Origin: Methanobacteriota archaeon
GTDB taxonomy: Archaea; Thermoplasmatota; Thermoplasmata; SG8-5; DAIRED01
DNA: 64,000 nt
Assembly (NCBI GenBank): GCA_043799545.1
Contig: JAZDNO010000005.1
Coordinates: forward strand, 649 to 64,648
Direction of reading: 5' to 3'
Made by a program: the position numbers and the translations under genes. Positions within the stretch are counted from its first letter, which is position 1. Each line of letters opens with the position of its first letter. This document shows, one piece after another, positions 18,309 through 28,187 of the stretch. Below the pieces are notes generated by a model that did not search any database, was not told the origin of the DNA, and worked only from the letters and a program-made list of their open reading frames with translations.

Positions 18309-19934
18309 ATGCCAAGCAAGGCGGTATTGCTGGACGGATACGTGGACGAGCCGGCGATGCTCGGCGTTCCTCCATATCTGTCTCCCCTGGCCCGATACAC
18401 ATACGGAGCCCTATTAGATTCCGGGTGGGAGGCGGAATACCTTACGATAGACCAGTTCCGAGCTGGCGTCAGGCTTCCGAAGGCAGAATTGCTAGCGGTA
18501 GTCAAAGGGGCGATAGTCCCTGGAAAATATCTACGGGGAATGCCGATGAGCGACCGCGAGGCCGGCATAATCGCGCGCGCTTTCCAAGGGACGAAAGTGA
18601 TTGGCGGTGCGGCGGTCCGGTTCGCAAAGGGCGATGAGGTGTTCGACGGCTACGATTTGGCAGCTCGCAAAGACTTGGACGCCTTGGTTTGGGACGTTGC
18701 GAGCGGCAAGGCTCCGAAGGACAGGTGGCGCAAGCCCGGGGAATGGGCCCGATGGGCGCTCGCTGGAGCTGGCCTGGCCTCGAAGCATCCGGATTTCCCC
18801 CAACCGCTTGTTACGGAGGTGGACACCTCTCGCGGGTGCGCGAGGTACTTTTGCGGCGGATGCAGCTTCTGCTCGGAACCTTCGTACGGAAAGCCGTACT
18901 TCAGGCCTCCGGAGGAGATAGTCTCGGAGGTCGAAGCCCTGTCCAAAACCGGGGTCGAGAATTTCCGTCTGGGGGGCCAGGCGTGCATCTACAGCTACAT
19001 GGCGGACGGGATAGGGAAAACGGAAACGCCGAGGCCCAATGTGAGGGCTCTGAGGGGGCTGTTTGAAGGAATCCGGCGCGTGGCGCCGAACCTGAAAATC
19101 CTCCATCTAGACAACGCCAATCCGGCGGTGATGGCGGCCAACCCGGAAGAATCGCGCGCGGTGACGGAAATCCTCGTGAAGCATTGCACGTCGGGCAACG
19201 TCCTCGCGCTGGGGATGGAGAGCGCCGACCCCGCCGTAATCGAGGCGAACAATCTGAACGCCACTAGTGAGCAGGTTTTGTTCGCCGTGAGGCTGCTCAA
19301 CGAAATAGGGGGGGCGCGTAGGGCAAATGGGTTGCCCGAATTGCTGCCCGGAATCAACATCCTGTCGGGCCTTGACGGGGAAACCAAAAGCACCTTCGGT
19401 CTGAACTATCGGTTTCTGAAAGGGATTCTCGCAGACGGGCGGATGCTGCGGAGAATCAACATCAGGCAGGTCGCTCCCAGGGTCAGGCGATTCGAAACGC
19501 GAAGGCATTACGGTGATTTCAGGCGGTTCAAGGAGCGGGTGCGCAGGGAAATCGACGAGCCGATGCTCGCCCGCGTAGCTCCAAACGGGACCGTTTTGCA
19601 CGGGGTTTTCGTAGAAATCCACATCGGAGGGGCCTCCTTCGGGAGGCAGCCCGGCTCATACCCGATATTGTGCGAATTTCCTTACAAGCGCGACCTCGAC
19701 TCATTCGTCGACGCCCTCGTCGTAGGCCATGGACCAAAGAGTCTCAGGGTCGTGGAAACGCCTCTCGAAATTAATCGCGCGTCGATGGGCGCGTTGGAAG
19801 CGCTTCCGGGCGTTGGCAGGAAGCGGGCGAGGCGCATTATGGCGAAGAGACCATATAGCGATTTTAAAGAGTTTGTGAAAGCACTCGACGACCCGAAAAT
19901 CGCGCTCGAAATCTCCAAATATATTTATCTCTAA
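18309..19934 (+). CDS. Radical-SAM-like Fe-S protein with a C-terminal helix-hairpin-helix domain (archaeal COG1031-like).
   Basis: A Cys cluster (CARYFCGGCSFC) and a C-terminal HhH (ALPGVGRKRARRIMAKRPY). Start taken at MPSKAVLLDG; the longer upstream frame overlaps the M29 gene. Confidence 0.55.
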   Translation: MPSKAVLLDGYVDEPAMLGVPPYLSPLARYTYGALLDSGWEAEYLTIDQFRAGVRLPKAELLAVVKGAIVPGKYLRGMPMSDREAGIIARAFQGTKVIGGAAVRFAKGDEVFDGYDLAARKDLDALVWDVASGKAPKDRWRKPGEWARWALAGAGLASKHPDFPQPLVTEVDTSRGCARYFCGGCSFCSEPSYGKPYFRPPEEIVSEVEALSKTGVENFRLGGQACIYSYMADGIGKTETPRPNVRALRGLFEGIRRVAPNLKILHLDNANPAVMAANPEESRAVTEILVKHCTSGNVLALGMESADPAVIEANNLNATSEQVLFAVRLLNEIGGARRANGLPELLPGINILSGLDGETKSTFGLNYRFLKGILADGRMLRRINIRQVAPRVRRFETRRHYGDFRRFKERVRREIDEPMLARVAPNGTVLHGVFVEIHIGGASFGRQPGSYPILCEFPYKRDLDSFVDALVVGHGPKSLRVVETPLEINRASMGALEALPGVGRKRARRIMAKRPYSDFKEFVKALDDPKIALEISKYIYL

Positions 19935-19997
19935 CGGCTGGTGTGGATTTCAAAATCGTTATTAAGCCCTCCGCCATTGTCGTTGCAGGTGAGCGAA

Positions 19998-21281
19998 ATG
20001 TCAATGAGGGGCGAAGCCGATTTCGTGCGCAACACGGTCAAGGAGCACACAAAGTGGTTCGAGGACAGCATCCCGATGATCGCATCGGAGAACCTCATAA
20101 GCCCTCTGGCGCGCGAGATGATGGTCTCGGATTTCTGCGACAGGTACGCCGAGGGGCTTCCAGGGGACCGCTATTACAACGGCAATATCTACGTTGATAA
20201 GGTCGAGCTCAAGGCGATGGAACTCGCGCGCAAGCTTTTCAACTCGAAGATGGCGGACGTGCGCCCGATATCCGGTACTGTGGCGAATATGGCGATGCTC
20301 TTCGCATTCGCAAAGCCGGGCGACACCATAACCACCACCTCGCTCGACCACGGGGCCCACATAAGCACGGCCAAGTTCGGGGCGGTCGGGGTCCGGGGGG
20401 TCTCGACGGTAACATATCCGTTCGACACCGAGAACATGGTCATAGACATCGACGGGACGCGCAAGACGCTGCTGGAAGTTAGGCCGAAGCTAGCCCTTTT
20501 CGGGCAATCTGTCTTCCTGTTTCCGACTCCGATCAAGGAGCTTCAGGACACCTTCCAGGAAATCGGATGCCACGTCTGGTACGACGCGGCCCACGTTCTC
20601 GGCCTCATTGCCGGGGGCAAGTTTCAGGATCCGCTCAGAGAAGGCGCCGAGTTCATATCTGGGAGCACCCACAAAACCCTGCCCGGACCGCAGCGCGGAA
20701 TCATCGTAGGCAACCCGAAGGACGAAGATGCGGAGAAGCGCGTTTACAGGGCTGTCTTCCCAGGCGTGACGAGCAACCACCACCTTCACACGATGGCGGC
20801 TCTTGCAATAACGCTGGCGGAGCACATCGAATTCGGAAAGAATTACGCCAACCAGGTTGTAACAAACGCTAGGGCATTGGGACAAGCGATGCACGAGGAG
20901 GGGTTCAAAGTACTTTGCGAACACCGCGGATTCACGGAATCCCACACCATCGCAGTCGACGTGAGAGATCATGGCGGGGGGGCGGTCGCGGCCCAGCGGA
21001 TGGAGGATTCCAACATCATAGCCAATAAGAACATGTTGCCTGGAGACACGAAACCCAAGAGCCCCAGCGGAATCAGGCTGGGCGCGCAGGAGATGACGCG
21101 AATAGGCATGGGTCCATCGGAGATGAAGGAGGTCGCCAAGCTAATCAAGAGGATAGTGATAACTAAGGAGGCTCCGGCCACGGTCAAGCCAGACGTCAAG
21201 GCGCTGAAATCACTGTTCAGCACAATCCAGTACTGCTTTGAACCGGGGAGACCTGGCTACAAATTCCACGAGTTGATATAA
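19998..21281 (+). CDS. glyA: Serine hydroxymethyltransferase, archaeal (methanogen-like) type.
   Basis: A PLP-lysine region (GSTHKTLPGPQRG), IASENL near the N-terminus, and HHLHTMAALA. The start is probably at MSMRGEADF. Confidence 0.8.
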   Translation: MSMRGEADFVRNTVKEHTKWFEDSIPMIASENLISPLAREMMVSDFCDRYAEGLPGDRYYNGNIYVDKVELKAMELARKLFNSKMADVRPISGTVANMAMLFAFAKPGDTITTTSLDHGAHISTAKFGAVGVRGVSTVTYPFDTENMVIDIDGTRKTLLEVRPKLALFGQSVFLFPTPIKELQDTFQEIGCHVWYDAAHVLGLIAGGKFQDPLREGAEFISGSTHKTLPGPQRGIIVGNPKDEDAEKRVYRAVFPGVTSNHHLHTMAALAITLAEHIEFGKNYANQVVTNARALGQAMHEEGFKVLCEHRGFTESHTIAVDVRDHGGGAVAAQRMEDSNIIANKNMLPGDTKPKSPSGIRLGAQEMTRIGMGPSEMKEVAKLIKRIVITKEAPATVKPDVKALKSLFSTIQYCFEPGRPGYKFHELI

Positions 21282-21386
21282 CGTTGACAAGCGCTTGATA
21301 CGGCGATCTATTCGAGCGAAAGTGTTAATACCAAGTAATTTTTTAGCCTGGATGCCCTCCTCACTTCGGTGGGAGGCTAGGACTGA

Positions 21387-22259
21387 TTGAACATGGTCGA
21401 ACTCCTCGATGAGCTTTTGGATAAGCGCGAGAAGCAGAATATGCAGGCCGAGCGGCACAGGCAGGCCCGCGACAGGTTGAACGACGAGACCCGGCATTGG
21501 GTGGACACCCGCGACCGCCTGAACGCTGAGGTTCGTAAGCTTATCGAACAGGCGACCAAGCACAGGCTCGAGCGAGACAAGCTCAACGACGGGGTCAAAA
21601 CTGCGAAAGCATTGAGGGACGAGTGGAATCACAAGGTCAACGAGTTCGCCGAGAAGCTGATGTATCTGAAGAAGGAGAACGCGCCCAGGGGCGCGGAGTC
21701 GCTGGGCATGCTAAAGAAGAAGCTCAAAGCCATGGAATTTCAGCAGATGACGTCTGTCCTCACGCCCGACAAGGAACGCGAGCTGATAGACTCGCTTTCA
21801 AAATTGCAGGCCGACATCAAGAAGAAGGAGAAGCTTCTCGAAGAGAACGAGGAGATAAAGGCGGCCATCAACGATTCCAGAGAGGCCAAAAAGACTGCGG
21901 AAGAGCACCACAAGCAGGTCGAGGAGCTGGCGCAGAAGGCTCAGGACGAGCACGATGCCATGATGAAGATTTACGAGCAGAGCGATGCGATGAGGAGGGA
22001 GGCGGACAAGGCGCAGGAGGAATTCATCAAGGCGAAGATATCCGCCGATGATGAGCATAAAAAGCACATCGAGTTAATCCGCCAGGTCCACGATTACGAC
22101 AAGATAATCACGGGAATCAGACAGAAGCAGAGCGGCCGCGAGGTCAAGGATGAGGAGACTGTGAAGCAGGAGTCAGAGGCGATATTCGAGAGGTTCAAGA
22201 AAGGTGAGAAGCTGAGCACAGAGGACCTCATGACGCTGCAGAAGTCTGGGTATCTCTGA
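21387..22259 (+). CDS. Archaeal coiled-coil protein (COG1340-like).
   Basis: The 290-aa ORF is K/E/R-rich with strong heptad character throughout, and has no TM segment. Confidence 0.5.
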   Translation: MNMVELLDELLDKREKQNMQAERHRQARDRLNDETRHWVDTRDRLNAEVRKLIEQATKHRLERDKLNDGVKTAKALRDEWNHKVNEFAEKLMYLKKENAPRGAESLGMLKKKLKAMEFQQMTSVLTPDKERELIDSLSKLQADIKKKEKLLEENEEIKAAINDSREAKKTAEEHHKQVEELAQKAQDEHDAMMKIYEQSDAMRREADKAQEEFIKAKISADDEHKKHIELIRQVHDYDKIITGIRQKQSGREVKDEETVKQESEAIFERFKKGEKLSTEDLMTLQKSGYL

Positions 22260-22270
22260 ATTCGAAATTG

Positions 22271-22330
22271 GTCGTATATAAGGCGGTATATATACCTTGC
22301 CGAAAAGGATTATATACCACCGCCCATATA
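22271..22330. promoter_or_regulatory. Palindromic pair of TATA-like elements (GGCGGTATATATACC … TATATACCACCGCC) in the convergent intergenic region.
   Basis: GC-clamped TATATATA repeats arranged as an inverted repeat with arms GGCGGT/ACCGCC. Three perfect hairpins follow between 22340 and 22540. Confidence 0.4.
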
Positions 22331-22561
22331 AGCTAAATGGGGTTTTGGGCTAGTTGTTAGAGTGCATCCCATCCCTTCTGACAAGGCTAGCCCGCCCTTC
22401 CTTTTTGGAACGGGGACAGAAGGGAGCGTCACGTTTTTGCAGTTATGATAGCACGGTTCAGGCCGAAGCCTGAGGGGCTGGAAGGCGAGCCGATGCTTGT
22501 ACGAGTCGCCCTTCCTTTATCAGAAGGAACAGAAGAACGCGAAACTGGATTTATTTTATAA

Positions 22562-25500
22562 TCAATCGGTTTTTCTGCGTTCGCGCTTGAAAAATATCAT
22601 CGATGCCGAAATTATGAAACACGCTGGAACGAAAATCGTATCGTATTCCGGTATCACCAGGCTTGCCGCATCCTCCGAGCCCGAGAGCAATCTTCCCGTC
22701 GAACTCGTATAGTTCAACCGTGCGAGATTATCGATGATACCACTCTGCGCGGTCGCGTTAATTTGTATGGTTACCGTGAACGAATGCGGCCCTGGCGCGA
22801 CATTCACGAAGTACCATCCATAGGTCAGACCGCTTGAGCCGGATGGAGCCATGCTCGACGAAACGAATGCCACGCCTTGAGGGAGCGTGTCGTTCACCCA
22901 AACGTTGGCGGCGATCGTGCTTCCCGTATTGTTATAAAATATCGTGTAAGTCACGACGCTCCCCGCGAGTGCCTGAGCGACATCAGCGACCTTGGCTACG
23001 ATAATCGTCGGTCTGGTTGCTGTGATGTTTGCCCAATCCGTGGTTCGAGCAAACCTGCTTCCGAGGGCGTCATTGTAGTCCGCGGTTCCCGTGTTGTTCA
23101 GCGAGGCGCCGTCCGCGATCGACGTGCCCACCCGGACAGTCAAAGACAGGGAATTAACCGTGTCGTGGGCAATCGTGCCGAAGTACCAAGCAACATTTTG
23201 GCCCGCAACGCTTTGCGGTGCTGGGACTGCGCCTTCGAAAGACGCGCCCGCAGGCATCGTGTCGTTGACCCAGACGCGCTTCGCGTTGCCGTCGCCGGTG
23301 TTGTTGAACCATATGGTGTAAGTCACAAGCTCGCCTACCTCGACGGTGGACAAGTTCACGGATTTTTGAACGACGATTATGGGCATCTTGCGTTCATTGG
23401 GGGCACGCCTGGTGGGCCCTTCGGGTACGAGCCATCCGTTGTTGCTGACGTAGAAGTCGTTCGCATCGCTGTCTGTGTCGAGCGGCATGCCGGTGTCCTC
23501 GTGCTTGAACCGGCTCCATGTGCTCCCGGCTGCCACAGATGGGTACGTCGTATCGTCCACCAGCGTACCTCCTGCATCGTAAAGCCTGACCTGTCTGCCG
23601 TTGTCGGGAAACGTATTCTTGGGAACGTCCACTGCAAGATATTCCGTGCCCGAGCCCCAGGCGCCAACTGTCGTCCCAGCGGGATAGGTGTACTGATAGT
23701 TGTTACCCACGCGAATCCTCCAGTCACTGATATCGATTACAGCTGCTGTCGGGTTGCACAATTCGATCCATTCGGTGTTGGGGCGTGTGGATATTTCGTT
23801 TATTACGACGTTGTCTCCGGCGGGAGTTCTCGTATTCGAATCCGATGCGGGTTTGACGGCAGAATCCGAAGCTCCTTGCCAGTTCTCCGCGATGGTAAGC
23901 ACCCTACCATTACTCGTCAACGCGGACCCTGCGAGAATCTCTATGGAACCTCTCGACGCCGCAGCCTTCGCCGCTCCCGCGTAAAGCCAGGATTCAGAGT
24001 TGCCGCCGCACGCGTAAAAGCTGGCGTTTTTCACTCGTCCCCCAGAGCCACGAACCGTGATGGCCCTTTCAGCGCCAAAACCAACCCGGATGGGCACGCC
24101 TGTCGACTGGTCGCCATCGGCATCCAGGTATATCGTGATGACGTCTTCCCCTATCATCGGAGGTAGCGAGACCGGGCCAATGTATATGCTGATGCGGTCG
24201 CCACGGTATTCGACCGGAAAATCAGAGGGGATTGTGGTGTTCAACCAAATGTCGGAACCCTTCGGCCAATCAAGGATTCCGTCCCCGTCCCTGTCTCCGC
24301 TTTCAAAGGTGTCGTTTACCCCGTTGTTGTCGAAGTCCAGGGGGAACGAGTCCGACGAATCCGGCACGCCGTCGAGGTCGCTGTCCACGTCTCGCGGAAG
24401 CGATACTGGCGCGGTTTCAGGTCGTGGCAAAAAAGTTGGGAATTTCGCTCCGCCCAGCGCCCTTCCATCCACATCGAGTTTTACGTATGAGCCGCCCCCA
24501 TAAGAAACGTGAGAAAAGCCAACCAAATCGACATCCGGGCAATAGAACGGGTCGCGCTCGTCCAAAAAGACGTCCCCCGATGGCAGGGAAACCGGAATGA
24601 TATCGTCCCAATCCGAGAGATATCCGTCTATTGCGAACCCCGAGCCTCTCATTTTATGCACGAAGGGTTCGGAATCGATGACTGTCAATCCAACGTCGTC
24701 CAAGCTTACGCTCGCCATCTCCACAGATAGGCCGCCATCCGACGTGGAAAGGTTCCCTCGGAATTTGATGACCACAGTAGAATCGGAGGGTATGTCCAAA
24801 TTCCCGACGAAGAACCGCGCAATCGAATCGTTCACAAAGATGGGGTCGATTACGGAGTTATCGATTTCAAGCCAAGGCGTTCCGACCAAGGCGGCTGAGG
24901 TCAGTCCCGATCCCTCGAACGCCAGTTCGAAACCGCCTTCCACGTCGCCGCTGCTGAACAATTCGCACTCGAGAAGTGTGCTGGGCCCAGAATCAACGGA
25001 AGGCAGACCAGCGAATGAGCGGCAAAACGTCTTCGACGGCGTCCCCGAAAGCGGACAGTCGAGGACATCCTTGCCTCCGGCGCCGTCAGTGGCGGCGATT
25101 ATGCAGCGAATTTGAGGTGAGAAGCCGATAATCGAAGCCTTGCACTCCACCATCGGACCCTCCGATGCCAGGTTTATTGAGGTCGGGCAGCCGAAACCGT
25201 TCCAATCGTCCCGCTCGGCGTTCGAATCGAACCGTTTCAAGACGCGGGTCGCCGCATTTCCATCATACCCCATTGCCTCTACGAGATAATCGGCTCCGAT
25301 TCCGTAAATCGGATAGCCGGTTTGCGCATCTCCGTCGGAATCAATTAACGCGTAGATGGCCGAAGCGGTATTTCGCACCCGAGGCGTATCCGTAAAAACG
25401 TTGCCCCGCATCAAGACGAATAATGAAACGGTATCACCTTCGCAAATCATCCCGCCCTGCACAATGTCGCTGCTCTCCGAAGGGCAATCGCCTGGCAAAT

Positions 25501-27484
25501 CGTTGACGACGTAGGGGGCCGTCCACTCACCGAAGCGTCCGTCGATACCATTGTTCGAAGATGTGGGGGCGAACATGCTTGAGATTAGGGGCACGGTCAG
25601 AAGAGCCAGCACACACGCGGAAATTAGCAGGGTCGCCACCCAAACGCGCTGCGTCTCCGAGCGCAGGTATCGCCTGCTCGTTTTGTAATCAGCGAGCCCA
25701 TTGGTCATTCCCGTCCCGTTTACAAGGCCACGGAAGTCTGATAAATCAGCGAGCCCATTGTTAAGCCCATTTGTGCGACCCAGCCCGTTTGACAGGCCAT
25801 TCGTTCTCCCGAGCCCGTTGGTACGCCCCCGCAATCCGTTGGTCAAACCGTTGGTAAGGCCGTTGGTGCGCCCTCGCAACCCATTCGTGAGGCCGTTGGT
25901 CCTTCCTCTTCCAGCGCCGTTGACGGGCCCTCCAGGTTTTGCATCCAAGCCGTTGGTACGCCCCGGCCCCGCGGCTCGCGCCGCCTCGAACTCCTTTCTC
26001 ACGACCGCCTCGATGAGTTCTCCGTTGGTCAATCCGACAGCCTTGCCGCGTACGAGCCCGTTCGCCAACCCCCGCTTGCGCCCCTCGGGCGAATCGTGAC
26101 GCTTGCGCTCCCCGGCCTTCTGCTTATCGGCGCCCAGAGCCTTCTTGAACGCTTCCAGGTCATGCAAGAGTTCCCCGCTTTCCTCGCGCTCCTCGACCTC
26201 GTTTATCGCCTCCTCTGCGATGGTCATGAGGATGTCCAGTTCCTCCTCTTCCACGCCAAGGCCGCAAATGGGGCATATCCCCGCCTCGTCCAGAAATGCG
26301 CCGCAGCGCTGACACGAATTCTCGTCCAGAAGCTTGGCAAGAGCGGCCAGCCCGTCCAGCTCCCTCTCGACGGATTGGGAATCGACCGTTGCGCTCCGCT
26401 GGGTTCCGCATATCGGGCATGTTGGCTTTTGGCTGCTCACGAAAGCCCCGCAATCCGGGCACATCTCAAGGTCGCCTGCGGGCACAGTCTCGAGTTTGTC
26501 CTCGTGCAAGACCCTTTTTAATATCGTTGACATCTCTGCCGGGTCGAGCCTCGCACCGCAAATCATGCAATTGGGGCGTCCCTTGTCAACAAAGGCGCCG
26601 CAACCGGGGCACACGCCGATGTCCATCGCGGTTGTCTGAAGCACATCCCTGAGCTTGTTTGGCGTTGACGCATCCCTCGACTTGTCCTTGCCGCAGTTCG
26701 GGCATGCCGAGGCGCTCGCCGAAATCATGGCGCCGCAGTTCGCGCATAGGTCCGGCGTCTCGATTTCGATGAGGGGCGTCTCCTCGCGTGCCGTCCCGTC
26801 AATTGCTGGTTTGCCTCCGCACAGCGGGCACGACCCCTTTCCGATTGTGAAGAACGAGCCGCATTCGGCGCAAACAGTGACTGACGGTAGCTCCTCCTCA
26901 TCCAGGTCCAACTCTTCATTCTCGGCGAGGAATTCTAGTATGACGCCAGCCGCATCCGCAATCTTCGGGACGCTGCTTTTCATGCGGCCGCTCGTCGCGT
27001 GGAACGACGAATCCACGACAACGATGAGCATGGCGCCCGTCTTTTGGGCTTTCCCCGTCATGGATTTGGCAATTTCCAGGAGGTCTTCACCCTCGCCGAA
27101 AGTCGCCAGCGCTGCGGGGATGACGTCCGCGATTATCAGGAGATTCTCTTTGCCCTTCCAGGACCGAAGGATTTTGTTGAGGGCGACCTTGACATTCAGC
27201 AGGTCTCGGGCACACCGCGTTACCACATCTCCCGCCTCCACCCCGATTACCCTCTCTGTGTTGTGGGAATACCAGTCTATGACCTTCAGCCGTCCATCCG
27301 CAACTGCCACTATTTCCGGTTCGAGGAGGTCGTCCGGGGGCAATCGCGACGTGATGACTGCGACGTGCCATTTTGACGGGATGGCCAGGGAAAGAAGCTC
27401 CCTGGCGAAGATCGCGAAGCCACCTGCCTGGTCTATCTCGACTGAAAGGACAGGTCTCGATTCGCTCCTTTCTTTCTCGCTCAT
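22562..27484 (-). CDS. Giant (1640 aa) type-I-like membrane protein 1: cytoplasmic zinc-ribbon arrays, TNGL repeats, one TM, extracellular TSP3/LTD/DUF11 domains, C-terminal PEF-CTERM-like anchor.
   Basis: Cytoplasmic part: an N-terminal alpha/beta domain without Walker A, five CxxC…CxxC zinc ribbons, and (G)RTNGL tetrapeptide repeats. TM helix VWVATLLISACVLALLTVPLI. Extracellular part: Asp-rich Ca-binding TSP3-like motifs (DVDSDLDGVPDSSD…DRDGDGILD), one lamin-tail domain (NVVINEISTRPNTEWIELCNPTAAVIDISDWRIRVG), two DUF11-type repeats (VTYTIWFNNTGDGNAKRVWVNDTMP). The C-terminus PEYDTIFVPACFIISASMIFFKRERRKTD is a PEF-CTERM-like signal. The start is 1 nt after the stop of the upstream KaiC gene. 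Confidence 0.75.
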   Translation of the reverse strand: MSEKERSESRPVLSVEIDQAGGFAIFARELLSLAIPSKWHVAVITSRLPPDDLLEPEIVAVADGRLKVIDWYSHNTERVIGVEAGDVVTRCARDLLNVKVALNKILRSWKGKENLLIIADVIPAALATFGEGEDLLEIAKSMTGKAQKTGAMLIVVVDSSFHATSGRMKSSVPKIADAAGVILEFLAENEELDLDEEELPSVTVCAECGSFFTIGKGSCPLCGGKPAIDGTAREETPLIEIETPDLCANCGAMISASASACPNCGKDKSRDASTPNKLRDVLQTTAMDIGVCPGCGAFVDKGRPNCMICGARLDPAEMSTILKRVLHEDKLETVPAGDLEMCPDCGAFVSSQKPTCPICGTQRSATVDSQSVERELDGLAALAKLLDENSCQRCGAFLDEAGICPICGLGVEEEELDILMTIAEEAINEVEEREESGELLHDLEAFKKALGADKQKAGERKRHDSPEGRKRGLANGLVRGKAVGLTNGELIEAVVRKEFEAARAAGPGRTNGLDAKPGGPVNGAGRGRTNGLTNGLRGRTNGLTNGLTNGLRGRTNGLGRTNGLSNGLGRTNGLNNGLADLSDFRGLVNGTGMTNGLADYKTSRRYLRSETQRVWVATLLISACVLALLTVPLISSMFAPTSSNNGIDGRFGEWTAPYVVNDLPGDCPSESSDIVQGGMICEGDTVSLFVLMRGNVFTDTPRVRNTASAIYALIDSDGDAQTGYPIYGIGADYLVEAMGYDGNAATRVLKRFDSNAERDDWNGFGCPTSINLASEGPMVECKASIIGFSPQIRCIIAATDGAGGKDVLDCPLSGTPSKTFCRSFAGLPSVDSGPSTLLECELFSSGDVEGGFELAFEGSGLTSAALVGTPWLEIDNSVIDPIFVNDSIARFFVGNLDIPSDSTVVIKFRGNLSTSDGGLSVEMASVSLDDVGLTVIDSEPFVHKMRGSGFAIDGYLSDWDDIIPVSLPSGDVFLDERDPFYCPDVDLVGFSHVSYGGGSYVKLDVDGRALGGAKFPTFLPRPETAPVSLPRDVDSDLDGVPDSSDSFPLDFDNNGVNDTFESGDRDGDGILDWPKGSDIWLNTTIPSDFPVEYRGDRISIYIGPVSLPPMIGEDVITIYLDADGDQSTGVPIRVGFGAERAITVRGSGGRVKNASFYACGGNSESWLYAGAAKAAASRGSIEILAGSALTSNGRVLTIAENWQGASDSAVKPASDSNTRTPAGDNVVINEISTRPNTEWIELCNPTAAVIDISDWRIRVGNNYQYTYPAGTTVGAWGSGTEYLAVDVPKNTFPDNGRQVRLYDAGGTLVDDTTYPSVAAGSTWSRFKHEDTGMPLDTDSDANDFYVSNNGWLVPEGPTRRAPNERKMPIIVVQKSVNLSTVEVGELVTYTIWFNNTGDGNAKRVWVNDTMPAGASFEGAVPAPQSVAGQNVAWYFGTIAHDTVNSLSLTVRVGTSIADGASLNNTGTADYNDALGSRFARTTDWANITATRPTIIVAKVADVAQALAGSVVTYTIFYNNTGSTIAANVWVNDTLPQGVAFVSSSMAPSGSSGLTYGWYFVNVAPGPHSFTVTIQINATAQSGIIDNLARLNYTSSTGRLLSGSEDAASLVIPEYDTIFVPACFIISASMIFFKRERRKTD

Positions 27485-27485
27485 G

Positions 27486-28187
27486 TCAGAATATTACCTC
27501 TTCCGAATCGACTTCCATTCCACCTGGCGCTATCATGAATGGGTGTTTGTAGGGGTCGTGCCTCGTGAATCGCATTTTATAAACGGTCAGCGTCCTCCTG
27601 TACTCCCCCTTCACGTTCTCGTAGCCCAGCAAAATCATCGAGTCAGCAATGAACGGTTCCGCACTTGATCGCGTGGCTCCCCCGGCCGTGGCCTCGGCTA
27701 TGAGCAGCGAAGTGAGTCCGGAGGCCTTCAATCCCCTGCAAAATTTGAAAAGGTCGCGCCTGTATTCCTCGTCTGTCTGGTAGTTCAGAGCCACTGCGGA
27801 TAGCGAGTCCACAACCAGCCGCTCCGCCTTCGAGGTTTTCCTCAGTTGCAGCGCCGCTTCAAGTAGGGTGGAAAAATCTGCCATGTCTTCGGAATTTGCA
27901 TTGTGGATGCCGGAAGCGACTCTGGCGGCCCCCATATCCAGTATTGTAACGCGCCCCTCTTTTTCAAAGTCGGCCAACTTAATGCCGTACCCGGCGCTCG
28001 CCCGAAGGGCATTTTCCCTGCTCTCCTCGAGCGTGATGAGGACCCCCTTCTCCCCCGCGCACAGGTACTGCATGGCGAGAAGGCTCTTCGCGCTTCCGGC
28101 CGGCCCGCAGACGAGGTTCACCGTACCCTCCGGAAAACCTCCGTCAATCAATTCATCTAACCCGGGCACTCCGCTTTTTATGCGCAA
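27486..28187 (-). CDS. KaiC-like/RecA-superfamily ATPase (single domain).
   Basis: Walker A (GPAGSAKS), the KaiC-like GVPGLDELIDGGFPEG N-terminus, and Walker B (RLVVDSLS). Confidence 0.75.
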   Translation of the reverse strand: MRIKSGVPGLDELIDGGFPEGTVNLVCGPAGSAKSLLAMQYLCAGEKGVLITLEESRENALRASAGYGIKLADFEKEGRVTILDMGAARVASGIHNANSEDMADFSTLLEAALQLRKTSKAERLVVDSLSAVALNYQTDEEYRRDLFKFCRGLKASGLTSLLIAEATAGGATRSSAEPFIADSMILLGYENVKGEYRRTLTVYKMRFTRHDPYKHPFMIAPGGMEVDSEEVIF

